This document shows positions 55,860 to 64,000 of a stretch of DNA of 64,000 nucleotides, in pieces. This DNA comes from Verrucomicrobiota bacterium (GTDB lineage Bacteria; Verrucomicrobiota; Verrucomicrobiia; JABWAM01). Every line of letters begins with the position of its first letter. The first letter of the stretch is position 1. The notes under the pieces were generated by a model that had not been told where the DNA came from, searched no databases, and worked only from the letters and a program-made list of their open reading frames with translations. The stretch is from NCBI GenBank assembly GCA_023269615.1, contig JAHFSY010000003.1, positions 87,665 through 151,664 of the forward strand. The letters run 5' to 3'. Made by a program: the position numbers and the translations under genes.

Positions 55860-57410
55860 ATGACAAAAGCCGACACCGGTTCCCAGGGGAAGAGAGCGTT
55901 GCGCAAGACCATGCGCGTCCAGGCCACGAAACCCCCCGAAGGCATGGACGAGAAGATGTTCAAGGCGGCGGCGTTGGGACAGATTGTAACGCTGGAAATG
56001 CTGTTGCCCAAGGCGACGAATGTGGACTGCCGTGACGCCAAGGGGCGGACGGCCTTGATCTGGGCGGCAGCCAACGGCCACCCGTCCGTGGTGAATCTCC
56101 TCCTGGATCGCGGGGCCAACATTGAAGCGAAGGACGAACTTGGGAGAACGCCGCTGATGTGGGCATCCGAGAATGGCCATATTGCCACGGTGCGCGTATT
56201 GCTCCAGCGAGGTGCGAACATTCATTCAAAGGACAAGGAGATGGCCACGGCACTCACTCTTGCCAGTGCCAAAGACCATAAGCAAATTGTGAACCAGCTC
56301 ACGCAGGCTGGCGCGGTGCTCGGAAGCTGGAATAACTGGAACGCCAGCCCGCGAGCGCGTCCTTTACGGCAGATGCCGGGCGGCGTATTCGATTCGGGCG
56401 CGCAGCCGGCCGTGGCTGTGGGTTCCATCAATCCGAAAATCAAGCGCAACGAGCCAGGCCCTGCGCGTCGGGTTGAGGCGGAGAAAGCCGCACCGCCTGC
56501 CAGATCGCTGAAAACGATCCCCGTCAACGTAACCCGCGCCCGCGTGGAACACGGCCAGCTTGCGTCCCTTGGCGACGCGATTTCCATTTCTCTCGAGGAG
56601 AAATTGGATGAGCTGGCGCGAAATTCCGATTACAGCCGGTCCTATATCAGGGCGTTCGCCATCCCGCTGATGACCAAGGGCAAGGTGAGGATCGACAAAG
56701 GCGACCACGTTGAACGCATCGGGATGGATCCAAAAAACCTCCTCGACCACGAAGAAGCAGAGGATCTTCTTGAAAGCTATTTGATCACGTTGCCACAGGA
56801 AGCGAAGGAAGCAGGGGGTGGAGCTCGCGGCGAAGCGCAGGCGTCTTACGCTCCGGGCGCATTGAGCGTCGAGACTTCCGCCGCGGGCGATGAAATGCAG
56901 GGCGGAGCGGCCTCGACCATGCCGCCCGGCAACGCCGCCATGATGCGGGCGGCAATGGAGGGGCGCACGACCACGCTGAAAATTCTCATCGAGGAAGGCG
57001 CCGACATCAACATCCGTCTGCTGGACGGATGGACGCCCCTGATGTGCTCCGTATGGAACGGCCACGGCGAGAGTGTAAAGATCCTCCTTGAACTGGGCGC
57101 TGATCTTGAAGCCCGCGGTGCCAATGGCTGGACGGCCCTCATGATCGCCGCCTGGAATGGCCACCCTGACATCGTCCAGCAGCTCGTGGAGGAAGGTGCC
57201 AACGTGCATGCATGCGACGAAACCGGCAAGACCGTGCTGATGTGGGCTGTGCAAAACGGCAATCCCGCCAGTGTGAAAATTCTTCTCGCGAAAAAGGTGG
57301 ACGTGAATGCCATGAACAACCGCGGCAAGACCGCTCTTTATTACGCTGCGCGCGAGGAACACCCTGCCATTGTCAAGCTGCTCGAAAAAGCCGGCGCAAA
57401 AGAGTCGTAG
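55860..57410 (+). CDS. Ankyrin-repeat protein (N-terminal 3-4 ANK, low-complexity middle, C-terminal 5 ANK)
   Basis: 'GRTALIWAAANGHPSVVNLLLDRGANIEAKD', 'GWTPLMCSVWNGHGESVKILLELGADLEA' and further repeats. Confidence 0.8.
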   Translation: MTKADTGSQGKRALRKTMRVQATKPPEGMDEKMFKAAALGQIVTLEMLLPKATNVDCRDAKGRTALIWAAANGHPSVVNLLLDRGANIEAKDELGRTPLMWASENGHIATVRVLLQRGANIHSKDKEMATALTLASAKDHKQIVNQLTQAGAVLGSWNNWNASPRARPLRQMPGGVFDSGAQPAVAVGSINPKIKRNEPGPARRVEAEKAAPPARSLKTIPVNVTRARVEHGQLASLGDAISISLEEKLDELARNSDYSRSYIRAFAIPLMTKGKVRIDKGDHVERIGMDPKNLLDHEEAEDLLESYLITLPQEAKEAGGGARGEAQASYAPGALSVETSAAGDEMQGGAASTMPPGNAAMMRAAMEGRTTTLKILIEEGADINIRLLDGWTPLMCSVWNGHGESVKILLELGADLEARGANGWTALMIAAWNGHPDIVQQLVEEGANVHACDETGKTVLMWAVQNGNPASVKILLAKKVDVNAMNNRGKTALYYAAREEHPAIVKLLEKAGAKES

Positions 57411-57452
57411 GCGCTGGATTTGGACGGGTGTTTGCGTCGCAGAAATGCCGCC

Positions 57453-58469
57453 ATGAAAACGTTGCGCGAAAAAATTCTTGGGTCGGCGCGCGGCCTGGGG
57501 TTCGATGCGGCAGGCGTTGCCCCGGCGATGGCTTCCGTGCATGGCGACCATCTGGATGAGTGGCTGGCGGATGGAAAGCATGGTGACATGAACTGGCTCG
57601 CCCGCGATCCCGCGAGGAGAAAGGATGCGCGGCAACTTTTGCCCGGGGCGAAGAGCGTGATCGTGGTGGCATTGAACTATTTTGTTCCCACACGGGATGA
57701 CATCAACGACGGAGTGGTGGCGCGTTATGCGCGGGGGAGTGATTATCACAAGGTGATGGAGCGGATGTTGAAACAACTGGCGCGTGCGGTGGAGGAGATG
57801 GGCGGCGGGGGAACTGTCGCGCGGATTGCAGTGGACACATCCGCCATTCTCGAGCGCGACCATGCGCAAAGGGCGGGCATCGCATGGGTGGGCAAAAGCA
57901 CGATGGCCCTGAGCCGTGGGTTGGGACAATGGTTCCTGCTGGGGGAGGTGATCACCACGCTGGAGCTTGAGGGAGATGAGCCCGCTGTGAATCGCTGCGG
58001 CTCATGCGTGCGTTGCATCGATGCATGTCCCACGCAGGCGATCACCGCCCCGTACCAGCTCGATGCGCGAAGGTGCATTTCATATCTCACGATCGAATCG
58101 AAGGACGACATTCCCGAGGAGTTTCGTGTGGCGGTTGGAAACCGTATTTTTGGGTGCGACGATTGCCTGGATGCATGTCCGTGGAATCGTTTTGCGAAGG
58201 AGGCCGGTGTTTTCAAAAAAACGTACCGCGAGGATCTCGCAAACCTGGACCCGCGCAAAATCCTGCGGATGGAAGAGGCGGATTTCAAAATAAAGTTTGG
58301 CGGGACGCCGATCCAGAGGCTCGGCCTTGAGCGATTACAACGGAACGCGTGCGTCGTCTTGGGGAACGTGGGCATAAAGGATGACGGGCCATTGTTGCGA
58401 GAGGTTGCGTCGGAGCATCCGAGTGAGATGGTTCGTCGCCATGCCGAATGGGCGCTGCGGGTAGGATGA
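57453..58469 (+). CDS. queG: Epoxyqueuosine reductase
   Basis: 'CGSCVRCIDACPTQAI' and 'GCDDCLDACPWNRFA' 4Fe-4S motifs plus the cobalamin-domain N-terminus. Confidence 0.85.
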   Translation: MKTLREKILGSARGLGFDAAGVAPAMASVHGDHLDEWLADGKHGDMNWLARDPARRKDARQLLPGAKSVIVVALNYFVPTRDDINDGVVARYARGSDYHKVMERMLKQLARAVEEMGGGGTVARIAVDTSAILERDHAQRAGIAWVGKSTMALSRGLGQWFLLGEVITTLELEGDEPAVNRCGSCVRCIDACPTQAITAPYQLDARRCISYLTIESKDDIPEEFRVAVGNRIFGCDDCLDACPWNRFAKEAGVFKKTYREDLANLDPRKILRMEEADFKIKFGGTPIQRLGLERLQRNACVVLGNVGIKDDGPLLREVASEHPSEMVRRHAEWALRVG

Positions 58470-58482
58470 AAGGGGAGTTTTT

Positions 58483-58568
58483 GACAGGATTTACAGGATG
58501 GACAGGATTTTTCGGAGGATGAAGCCGGATTGAACAGGATTTCAGAAAAGCCCGGGCGGGCTTTTCTG
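58483..58568. repeat. Left 85-bp inverted repeat of the GxxExxY cassette (CCTGTCA-family, ends in a GC hairpin)
   Basis: 'gacaggatttacaggatggacaggatttttcggaggatgaagccggattgaacaggatttcagaaaagcccgggcgggcttttctg'. Confidence 0.7.
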
Positions 58569-58634
58569 GGGTCGTTTTTAAGAAGGCGGAAATGGATTGC
58601 GCCTGACAGGAATCCAATATACATATGTATATGT

Positions 58635-59030
58635 ATGACAAATATGGACGATTTGACTGGAGCGATCATCGGGAGCGCGATGAAGGTGCATCGGGCGCTT
58701 GGACCCGGATTTCTTGAATCAGTTTACCAGCAGGCACTTCATCATGAATTGCGGAAGAACGGGCATCATTCGGAGAAGGAGAAGGCAATGGCAGTCTATT
58801 ACGATGATGCGGTGGTTGGCGATTTTGTAGCTGATCTGATTGTTGACCAACTGATCATTCTGGAGCTGAAGGCCGTTCAGAAACTGGCGGTCAACCATGA
58901 AGTCCAGCTGGTCAACTATTTGAAGGCCACTGGATTGGATATCGGTCTCGTCTTCAATTTCGGAGGCGGCAGTCTTGAGTTTAAAAGGAAATTTCGAACA
59001 CCGCAGAAAAGCCCGTCCGGGCTTTTCTGA
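58635..59030 (+). CDS. GxxExxY protein (TIGR04256; PD-(D/E)XK nuclease-like)
   Basis: 'LTGAIIGSAMKVHRALGPGFLESVYQQAL...VDQLIILELKAV' has the GxxExxY motif and PD-(D/E)XK-like D...E-K blocks. Its C-terminus is encoded by the right IR. Confidence 0.7.
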   Translation: MTNMDDLTGAIIGSAMKVHRALGPGFLESVYQQALHHELRKNGHHSEKEKAMAVYYDDAVVGDFVADLIVDQLIILELKAVQKLAVNHEVQLVNYLKATGLDIGLVFNFGGGSLEFKRKFRTPQKSPSGLF

Positions 59031-59089
59031 AATCCTGTCAATCCGGCTTCATCCTCCGAAAAATCCTGTCCATCCTGTAAATCCTGTCA
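59005..59089. repeat. Right 85-bp inverted repeat of the GxxExxY cassette (about 97 percent identical to the reverse complement of the left repeat)
   Basis: 'cagaaaagcccgtccgggcttttctgaaatcctgtcaatccggcttcatcctccgaaaaatcctgtccatcctgtaaatcctgtc'. Confidence 0.7.
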
Positions 59090-59100
59090 AAAATTCCCCG

Positions 59101-62100
59101 TCACCTCGCCGAACGGACCAGGACCTTCTTCAAAAAGCGCGCGGTGTGGGAGGCTTTGACCCTGGCCACCTCCTCGGGTGTGCCTGCGGCCACGACGCGG
59201 CCTCCGCCTTCTCCGCCTTCGGGGCCAAGGTCCACCACGTAATCGGCTTCGGCGATCAGGTCCATGTTGTGCTCGATCACGATCGCTGTATGCCCTCCAT
59301 CCACCAGCTGGTGCAGCACGCCGATCAATTTCTCGACATCCGCAAAATGCAATCCAATCGTCGGCTCCTCCAGCACGTAAAGATTTCCCTTCGCAGCAGG
59401 CCCGCGTCCACGCATCAGCTCGCTCACCAGTTTCATCCGTTGCGCCTCGCCACCCGAGAGGGTGGGGCTGCTCTGGCCAAGCGCAAGATAGCCGAGCCCG
59501 GTATCCGCGAGAAGCTGGAGCGGTTGCGCGATGCGACGGTCGAACGAGAAAAATTCCACAGCCTCCCCGGCCGACATTTCAAGCACCTGCGCGATATTAC
59601 GGTCACGATACAGAATTTCACGAGTCTCAGTCCCGAAACGCGCCCCGCCGCATGTTTCGCATGGCACATAGGCGTCCGGCATGAAACTCATCGCCAGTTT
59701 CACGCGCCCCTGCCCCTCGCACGTGTCGCAGCGCCCGCCCGGGACGTTGAATGAAAAACGGCTTGCCGTGTAGCCGCGGATCCTGGCGGCGGGCGTGGAG
59801 GCGAAGAGCCTCCGGATTTCATCCCAGATGCCGAGGTAGGTGGCCGGGCAGGAACGGGGCGTCTTGCCAATGGGAGCCTGGTCCACCTCGTAGGCGGAAG
59901 CGATGAGGCTCGAGCCCTTGAGAATTTTCCGCCATGGTGACGATGGATGCCTGAGCCCGTGCAGCAACGTCCCTCGCACCAGTGAGGATTTGCCCGCCCC
60001 GCTTACGCCCGTGACCAGCGTCAACCGTCCCGACGGAAACCGGACACGAACCTTTTTCAAGTTGTGGAGGGTGGCTCCCGCAACTTCGAACCATTCAGCC
60101 GTCTTCAGATCGCGTCGTTTTCCACGCAGGGGATGCCGCATCGGATTGGACAGGAACTCAAGCGTCCTTGAATGTGAAATCTCAAATTTCAAATTTGAAA
60201 TTCTGGGCCTCCCAGCCCAGACGACCTGTCCACCCTGTTTGCCCGCGCCGGGGCCGAGGTCAATGATCCAATCGGCGCGGCGCATCGTTTCTTCATCATG
60301 CTCGACCACGAGAAGGGAATTGCCCCGGGCCTTGAGACGGTCGAGGACGCGGAGCAGCCGTTCGTTGTCCCGGCTGTGCAGGCCGATCGTCGGCTCGTCA
60401 AGCACGTAGAGGACACCACGCAGGTTGGAACCGAGTTGCGAAGCAAGACGGATGCGCTGGGCCTCGCCACCCGAGAGCGTGACGGCGGCGCGGCCGAGGC
60501 CGAGGTAATCGAGGCCGACCTCGCCCATGAAGCGCAGGCGCTCCACGATTTGCGGGACGATGTCACGCGCAAGTTCCCGCTCGCGTCCTGAAAGGCGAAG
60601 CCGTGAAAACCATTCGCATGCGGCGCGTGAGCTCATGGCGTTGAGCTCCGGGGGCGCGAGATCACCGACGCGAACATGGAGCGAGTCGGTTTTCAACCGC
60701 GCCCCGTGACAGCGCTCGCAGGGGTGGGCGTCCTCATCGGATGTCCGCCGCTCGATGCGCAGGTCGCGTTCCGTTTCCTCCTCTCCATCGAGGTCTTCAA
60801 GGGCGTCTTTGCCCCAGGTCACGCCGTAGCCGAAACAATCCGGACACCAGCCGGCTGGGCTGTTGAATGAAAAATCGCGGGGGTCGAGCGGCGAAAACGA
60901 CCGTGCACAGGACGGGCATGTGCGCAAAGTGCTGATGACCCGTTCGCTGTCACCGCGGGAATCGGAAAGGACGATCATGCCACGGCCCGCGCGAAGCGCA
61001 TCGCGGATCCGAGAGGCGTTGCGGGTGTTTTTTTCAAAAAGCCCATAATCGAGCTCAATCGTGTGCTCGACATAGCGCGCCAGTTTTTTTCCTCCGAGCA
61101 GGCGCGGGGTTTCGATGAAGCGACCATCCACGCGCAGGCGACCGATGCCGTGGGCGGAAGCCCATTGAATGACTTCATCGTGAAACCCTTTTCGTCCACG
61201 CACCACCGGGGCGAGGATGTGGAGCGGCTGGCGGCGCAGGGCACTGAGGATCTGGTTCACCGCGGCATCCTCGGTTTGTTCGCGGATGGGCAGCTTGCAG
61301 CGCGGGCAATGTTGAACGCCGACCTTCGCGTAGAGGAGACGGATGAAGTGGTAGGCTTCCGTGATCGTGGCCACCGTGGACTTCCAGCCGCCGCGCGTGA
61401 CGCGCTGCTCGATGGCGACGGTGGGCGGGATGCCCTCGACGCGATCCATGTCGGGGCGCGGCATCTGCTCGACGTACTGGCGCGCGTAGGTGGACATGCA
61501 GTCGAGGAAGCGCCGCTGTCCCTCGGCAAAGACGAGATCGAAGGCAAGCGTGGATTTGCCGCTGCCGCTGAGGCCCGTGATGACGACAAACTGGTCGCGG
61601 GGGATTGAGATCGAGAGATTTTTGAGATTGTGTTCGCGAGCATTTGTAATGCGAATCTCTCCGCTATCCGCAATTGTAGGGCAACGGGCCCCGTTGCCTC
61701 TCCGTCGGACGGCAAGCGGGCCGCTTGCCCTACATAAGAGCGGACGAAGATATTTCCCGGTGTGCGAGGAAGGATGTTCGGCGATGGATTCGGGGGTGCC
61801 GCAGGCGACCACCTCGCCGCCGCGGTCGCCGGCCTCGGGGCCGAGGTCAACCAGCCAGTCGGCGCATTTCACGAGCTCCATGTTGTGCTCGATGACGAGC
61901 GCGGTGTGGCCCTGGTCCACGAGCTGCTGGAGGACATCCACGAGGCGGCGGACGTCATCGAAATGCAGTCCCGTGGTGGGTTCGTCAAAGATGAGAAGCG
62001 CCCGTTGCGGGGTTTTGCGCGTGAGCGATTCGGCGAGAAATCCGCAGAGTTTCAATCGTTGCGCCTCGCCGCCGGAGAGCGTGTTGATGGGCTGCCCCAG

Positions 62101-64000
62101 TCGCAGGTAATCCAATCCCACGCGATCGAGCAGCTGCAAAGTGGCGACCGCCTGCCGTTGCAGGCGGGCCCATGTCTTTCGTTCCGAGTCGTTGTTGCCG
62201 TGGGAGGGGAGCGATTGCAGAAGGCGCGTGGCGTCGGCAATCGTGGAAGCAAGAAGATCGGCCACGTTTTTTCCGCCGAGTCGGACCTTGAGAATTTCGT
62301 CGCGGAAACGCCTCCCGTGACAATCGGGGCATTCGATCTGGACGTCCGGCAAAAATTGCATCTCCACCTTTTCGTATCCAAGCCCGCCGCATCGCGCGCA
62401 ACGGCCTTCGCCTGCATTGAACGAAAAGCTGCCGGCGGTGAAACCGTTCCGGCGGCTCTCATCGAGGGCGGCTAGCAGCTCGCGAATCGAATCCCATGCG
62501 CCGACGTACACGGCGGGATTGGAGCGCGACGTACGCCCGAGCGGGGCTTGGTCCACAAGGATGACTTCGCCCAGCGCTTCGTGGCCTGCAACGCTTTCGC
62601 AACGTCCGGGTTCGGACGAGGATTTGCCGCGCAGCGCCTGCAGTTTTTCGTAAAGGACGCGGTGCACAAGCGTGGACTTGCCGCTGCCGGAGACACCGGT
62701 GACGCAGACGAATCTCCCGAGGGGAATATCCACGGAGACGCGTTTGAGATTGTTTTCCGCAGCTCCCCGGATCGAAAGCCTCGGCGTTGTTGCATTCACC
62801 GGGCGTGTCTTTCCCGGGAGAGGGATTTTCTTATGGCCCGAAAGATAATCGAGCGTCAGGCTTTGAGATTTGAGATGTGAGATCGTCGGCTGGCCCTGCC
62901 AGACGACCCTGCCGCCCAGCTCGCCGGCGCCCGGGCCAAGGTCCACGAGATGGTCGGCGGCCCGGATGACGGAGGGTTCGTGCTCCACGACGACCAGCGT
63001 GTTGCCCCGGTCGCGCAGGGCGTGGAGCACGCGGACGAGGCTGTCCACGTCGCGCGGATGGAGCCCCACGCTGGGCTCGTCGAGGATGAAGAGCGTGTTC
63101 ACCATGGCTGAGCCGAGGCAGGTGGTAAGGTTGACGCGCTGGACTTCACCGCCCGAGAGAGTGCGTGCCGACCGGTCGAGCGTGAGGTAATCGAGCCCGA
63201 CATCGCCGAGCAGCCGAAGGCGTGAAATGATTTCGCGAATGACGAGGGCGCAGGGATCTCCCCGGGGGGTGACAAACGCTTCCACGGTGGAGCGCAAGTC
63301 GCGGATGGACATGCCGTAGAGGGCGCCGATCGTTTTTCCCGCGAGACGGTAGTTGAGGGTTTCGGGCTGGAATCGCGTCCCCCCGCATGTCGCGCAGGTG
63401 CGATAAGTGCGATAACGCGAGAGCAGTACACGCATGTGCATCTTGTAGCTTTTGGATTCGAGCCAGCGAAAATAGCCGCGCACGCCGTACCATGGGCCAT
63501 AGCCGGTGTCACCGGGATCCCCGGGGTCGCCTTCCATCACCCATGTGTGGTGTTGCGCGGGGAGGCGGTTGAAGGGAGTATCCGGATTGACGCGCCGACG
63601 CCTGCACCACTTGAGAAGGTCATCCTGGCATTCCGCCGAGACGCCGCCCTGCCACGGCTTGATCACGCCCCCGCGCAATGAGAGGGAGCGGTTTGGAATC
63701 ACGAGCGCCTCGTCAATGTCGATGGTGCGGCCGAAGCCCCGGCATTTCGGACACGCACCGACGGGGCTGTTGAACGAAAAGAGCGAAGGCGTGGGTTCGG
63801 AAAAAGAACGGTTGCATGATGCGCAATGACGTCCGCGCGAAAACGGATACGACTTGCGGCTGTTGAGCGTGATGACCCAGAGATGTCCTTTGCCTGCACG
63901 AAAGGCGGTTTCGGCGGCCTCGATGAACCGGCCGCGCTGCGACGTGGAAAGCGTGATGCGGTCCTGGATGACGGGCAACAGTGAGGGTGGAGATTTTACC
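59101..64000 (-). CDS. uvrA: Tandem-fused double UvrA (excinuclease ABC subunit A-A): two complete UvrA units in one ORF; the 5' end lies beyond the window
   Basis: Three Walker A sites ('VTGVSGSGKSTLV', 'ITGLSGSGKSTLAFD', 'VTGVSGAGKSSL'), four LSGGE signatures and multiple CxxC zinc modules. Unit 1 ends '...SHTGKYLRPLL' at the canonical UvrA C-terminus. Unit 2 begins 'IRITNAREHNLKN' at the canonical N-terminus. There is no stop codon or start codon between them. Confidence 0.85.
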   Translation of the reverse strand, partial: VKSPPSLLPVIQDRITLSTSQRGRFIEAAETAFRAGKGHLWVITLNSRKSYPFSRGRHCASCNRSFSEPTPSLFSFNSPVGACPKCRGFGRTIDIDEALVIPNRSLSLRGGVIKPWQGGVSAECQDDLLKWCRRRRVNPDTPFNRLPAQHHTWVMEGDPGDPGDTGYGPWYGVRGYFRWLESKSYKMHMRVLLSRYRTYRTCATCGGTRFQPETLNYRLAGKTIGALYGMSIRDLRSTVEAFVTPRGDPCALVIREIISRLRLLGDVGLDYLTLDRSARTLSGGEVQRVNLTTCLGSAMVNTLFILDEPSVGLHPRDVDSLVRVLHALRDRGNTLVVVEHEPSVIRAADHLVDLGPGAGELGGRVVWQGQPTISHLKSQSLTLDYLSGHKKIPLPGKTRPVNATTPRLSIRGAAENNLKRVSVDIPLGRFVCVTGVSGSGKSTLVHRVLYEKLQALRGKSSSEPGRCESVAGHEALGEVILVDQAPLGRTSRSNPAVYVGAWDSIRELLAALDESRRNGFTAGSFSFNAGEGRCARCGGLGYEKVEMQFLPDVQIECPDCHGRRFRDEILKVRLGGKNVADLLASTIADATRLLQSLPSHGNNDSERKTWARLQRQAVATLQLLDRVGLDYLRLGQPINTLSGGEAQRLKLCGFLAESLTRKTPQRALLIFDEPTTGLHFDDVRRLVDVLQQLVDQGHTALVIEHNMELVKCADWLVDLGPEAGDRGGEVVACGTPESIAEHPSSHTGKYLRPLLCRASGPLAVRRRGNGARCPTIADSGEIRITNAREHNLKNLSISIPRDQFVVITGLSGSGKSTLAFDLVFAEGQRRFLDCMSTYARQYVEQMPRPDMDRVEGIPPTVAIEQRVTRGGWKSTVATITEAYHFIRLLYAKVGVQHCPRCKLPIREQTEDAAVNQILSALRRQPLHILAPVVRGRKGFHDEVIQWASAHGIGRLRVDGRFIETPRLLGGKKLARYVEHTIELDYGLFEKNTRNASRIRDALRAGRGMIVLSDSRGDSERVISTLRTCPSCARSFSPLDPRDFSFNSPAGWCPDCFGYGVTWGKDALEDLDGEEETERDLRIERRTSDEDAHPCERCHGARLKTDSLHVRVGDLAPPELNAMSSRAACEWFSRLRLSGRERELARDIVPQIVERLRFMGEVGLDYLGLGRAAVTLSGGEAQRIRLASQLGSNLRGVLYVLDEPTIGLHSRDNERLLRVLDRLKARGNSLLVVEHDEETMRRADWIIDLGPGAGKQGGQVVWAGRPRISNLKFEISHSRTLEFLSNPMRHPLRGKRRDLKTAEWFEVAGATLHNLKKVRVRFPSGRLTLVTGVSGAGKSSLVRGTLLHGLRHPSSPWRKILKGSSLIASAYEVDQAPIGKTPRSCPATYLGIWDEIRRLFASTPAARIRGYTASRFSFNVPGGRCDTCEGQGRVKLAMSFMPDAYVPCETCGGARFGTETREILYRDRNIAQVLEMSAGEAVEFFSFDRRIAQPLQLLADTGLGYLALGQSSPTLSGGEAQRMKLVSELMRGRGPAAKGNLYVLEEPTIGLHFADVEKLIGVLHQLVDGGHTAIVIEHNMDLIAEADYVVDLGPEGGEGGGRVVAAGTPEEVARVKASHTARFLKKVLVRSAR
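61675..61734. repeat. REP-like inverted doublet (two 19-bp palindromes GGCAACGGGCCCCGTTGCC and GGCAAGCGGGCCGCTTGCC inside TGTAGGG...CCCTACA) encoding the UvrA-UvrA linker
   Basis: Verified by hand against the ORF translation: this segment encodes 'CRASGPLAVRRRGNGARCPT' between the two UvrA units. Confidence 0.7.

Noticed and set aside
55860-57410. Ankyrin-repeat protein as possible eukaryotic contamination.
   Set aside because: Codon usage and GC content match the flanking bacterial genes. It is tightly packed between bacterial amidohydrolase and queG genes on the same strand.
58530-58634. Upstream ATG extension of the GxxExxY ORF (MNRISEKPGRAFLG...).
   Set aside because: This segment is the left terminal inverted repeat. 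The family's proteins start near 'MDDLTGAIIG'. The start was set at 58635 instead.
60180-60216. AT-rich palindromic string 'gaaatctcaaatttcaaatttgaaattctgg', with a similar string at 62861-62881.
   Set aside because: Both lie inside the uvrA reading frame at equivalent positions of the two duplicated UvrA units (encoding 'SNLKFEISHS' and 'SHLKSQSLT'). This is an echo of the gene duplication rather than an independent element.
1-64000. CRISPR arrays, tRNA or rRNA genes, and integrase or transposase genes marking classical mobile elements.
   Set aside because: No direct-repeat/spacer periodicity and no cloverleaf or anticodon-like sequences were found by eye. No integrase, transposase or RAYT-like ORF is present. 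The repeats found are short MITE- or REP-like elements without their own enzymes.

Overview
This 64 kb window is high-GC (about 60 percent) bacterial chromosomal DNA. Its gene content looks most like a Verrucomicrobia/PVC-type heterotroph, which is inference. It is densely coding, with about 60 confident CDS, and I see no rRNA, tRNA or CRISPR array. Three blocks stand out. (1) An 18 kb plus-strand catabolic supercluster from about 14.4 to 32.2 kb. It starts with an XRE-cupin regulator and a sugar-phosphate isomerase fold, and includes two enolase-superfamily dehydratases, two paralogous SDRs, a P450, a Gfo/Idh/MocA oxidoreductase and an AraA/FucI-like isomerase. It also holds an unusual operon: 2-oxoacid dehydrogenase E2, SucC-like, SucD-like, E1-beta, E1-alpha, a split class-I Fe-S hydro-lyase (FumA/TtdAB-like), RhaM mutarotase, an enolase and DUF1989. 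A solo acetolactate decarboxylase lies next to it. (2) A 10-gene operon of uncharacterised function from 39.4 to 49.3 kb: RDD/DUF4339, two zinc-ribbon membrane proteins, DUF4129, DUF4350, MoxR AAA+ ATPase, DUF58, SpoIIM-like and a second RDD. (3) A tandem in-frame fusion of two complete UvrA units, at least 1625 aa and running off the window end. The 26-aa linker between units is encoded by an inverted doublet of a REP-like palindrome. The window is also rich in small interspersed repeats. A GAATGAA/AATGCAG octamer-repeat family occurs in at least 7 copies; two inverted pairs bracket a four-helix-bundle (TIGR02436-like) gene and the 5' end of the sucC-like gene, and one copy sits in-frame inside that CDS. 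Near-perfect 85-bp inverted repeats bracket a GxxExxY (PD-(D/E)XK) gene. A CCTGTCA-based repeat family and a TGTAGCCGCG REP-like palindrome family (flanking fumC) are also present. Other content: nuoB and nuoD as isolated genes 35 kb apart, a caspase-like protein next to a CHASE2 class-III cyclase, a higBA toxin-antitoxin pair with promoter/operator, nifS, dxr, queG, a U32 peptidase, an ankyrin-repeat protein, DegT/HpcH/GT1 sugar-modification genes and several secreted or outer-membrane hypotheticals.
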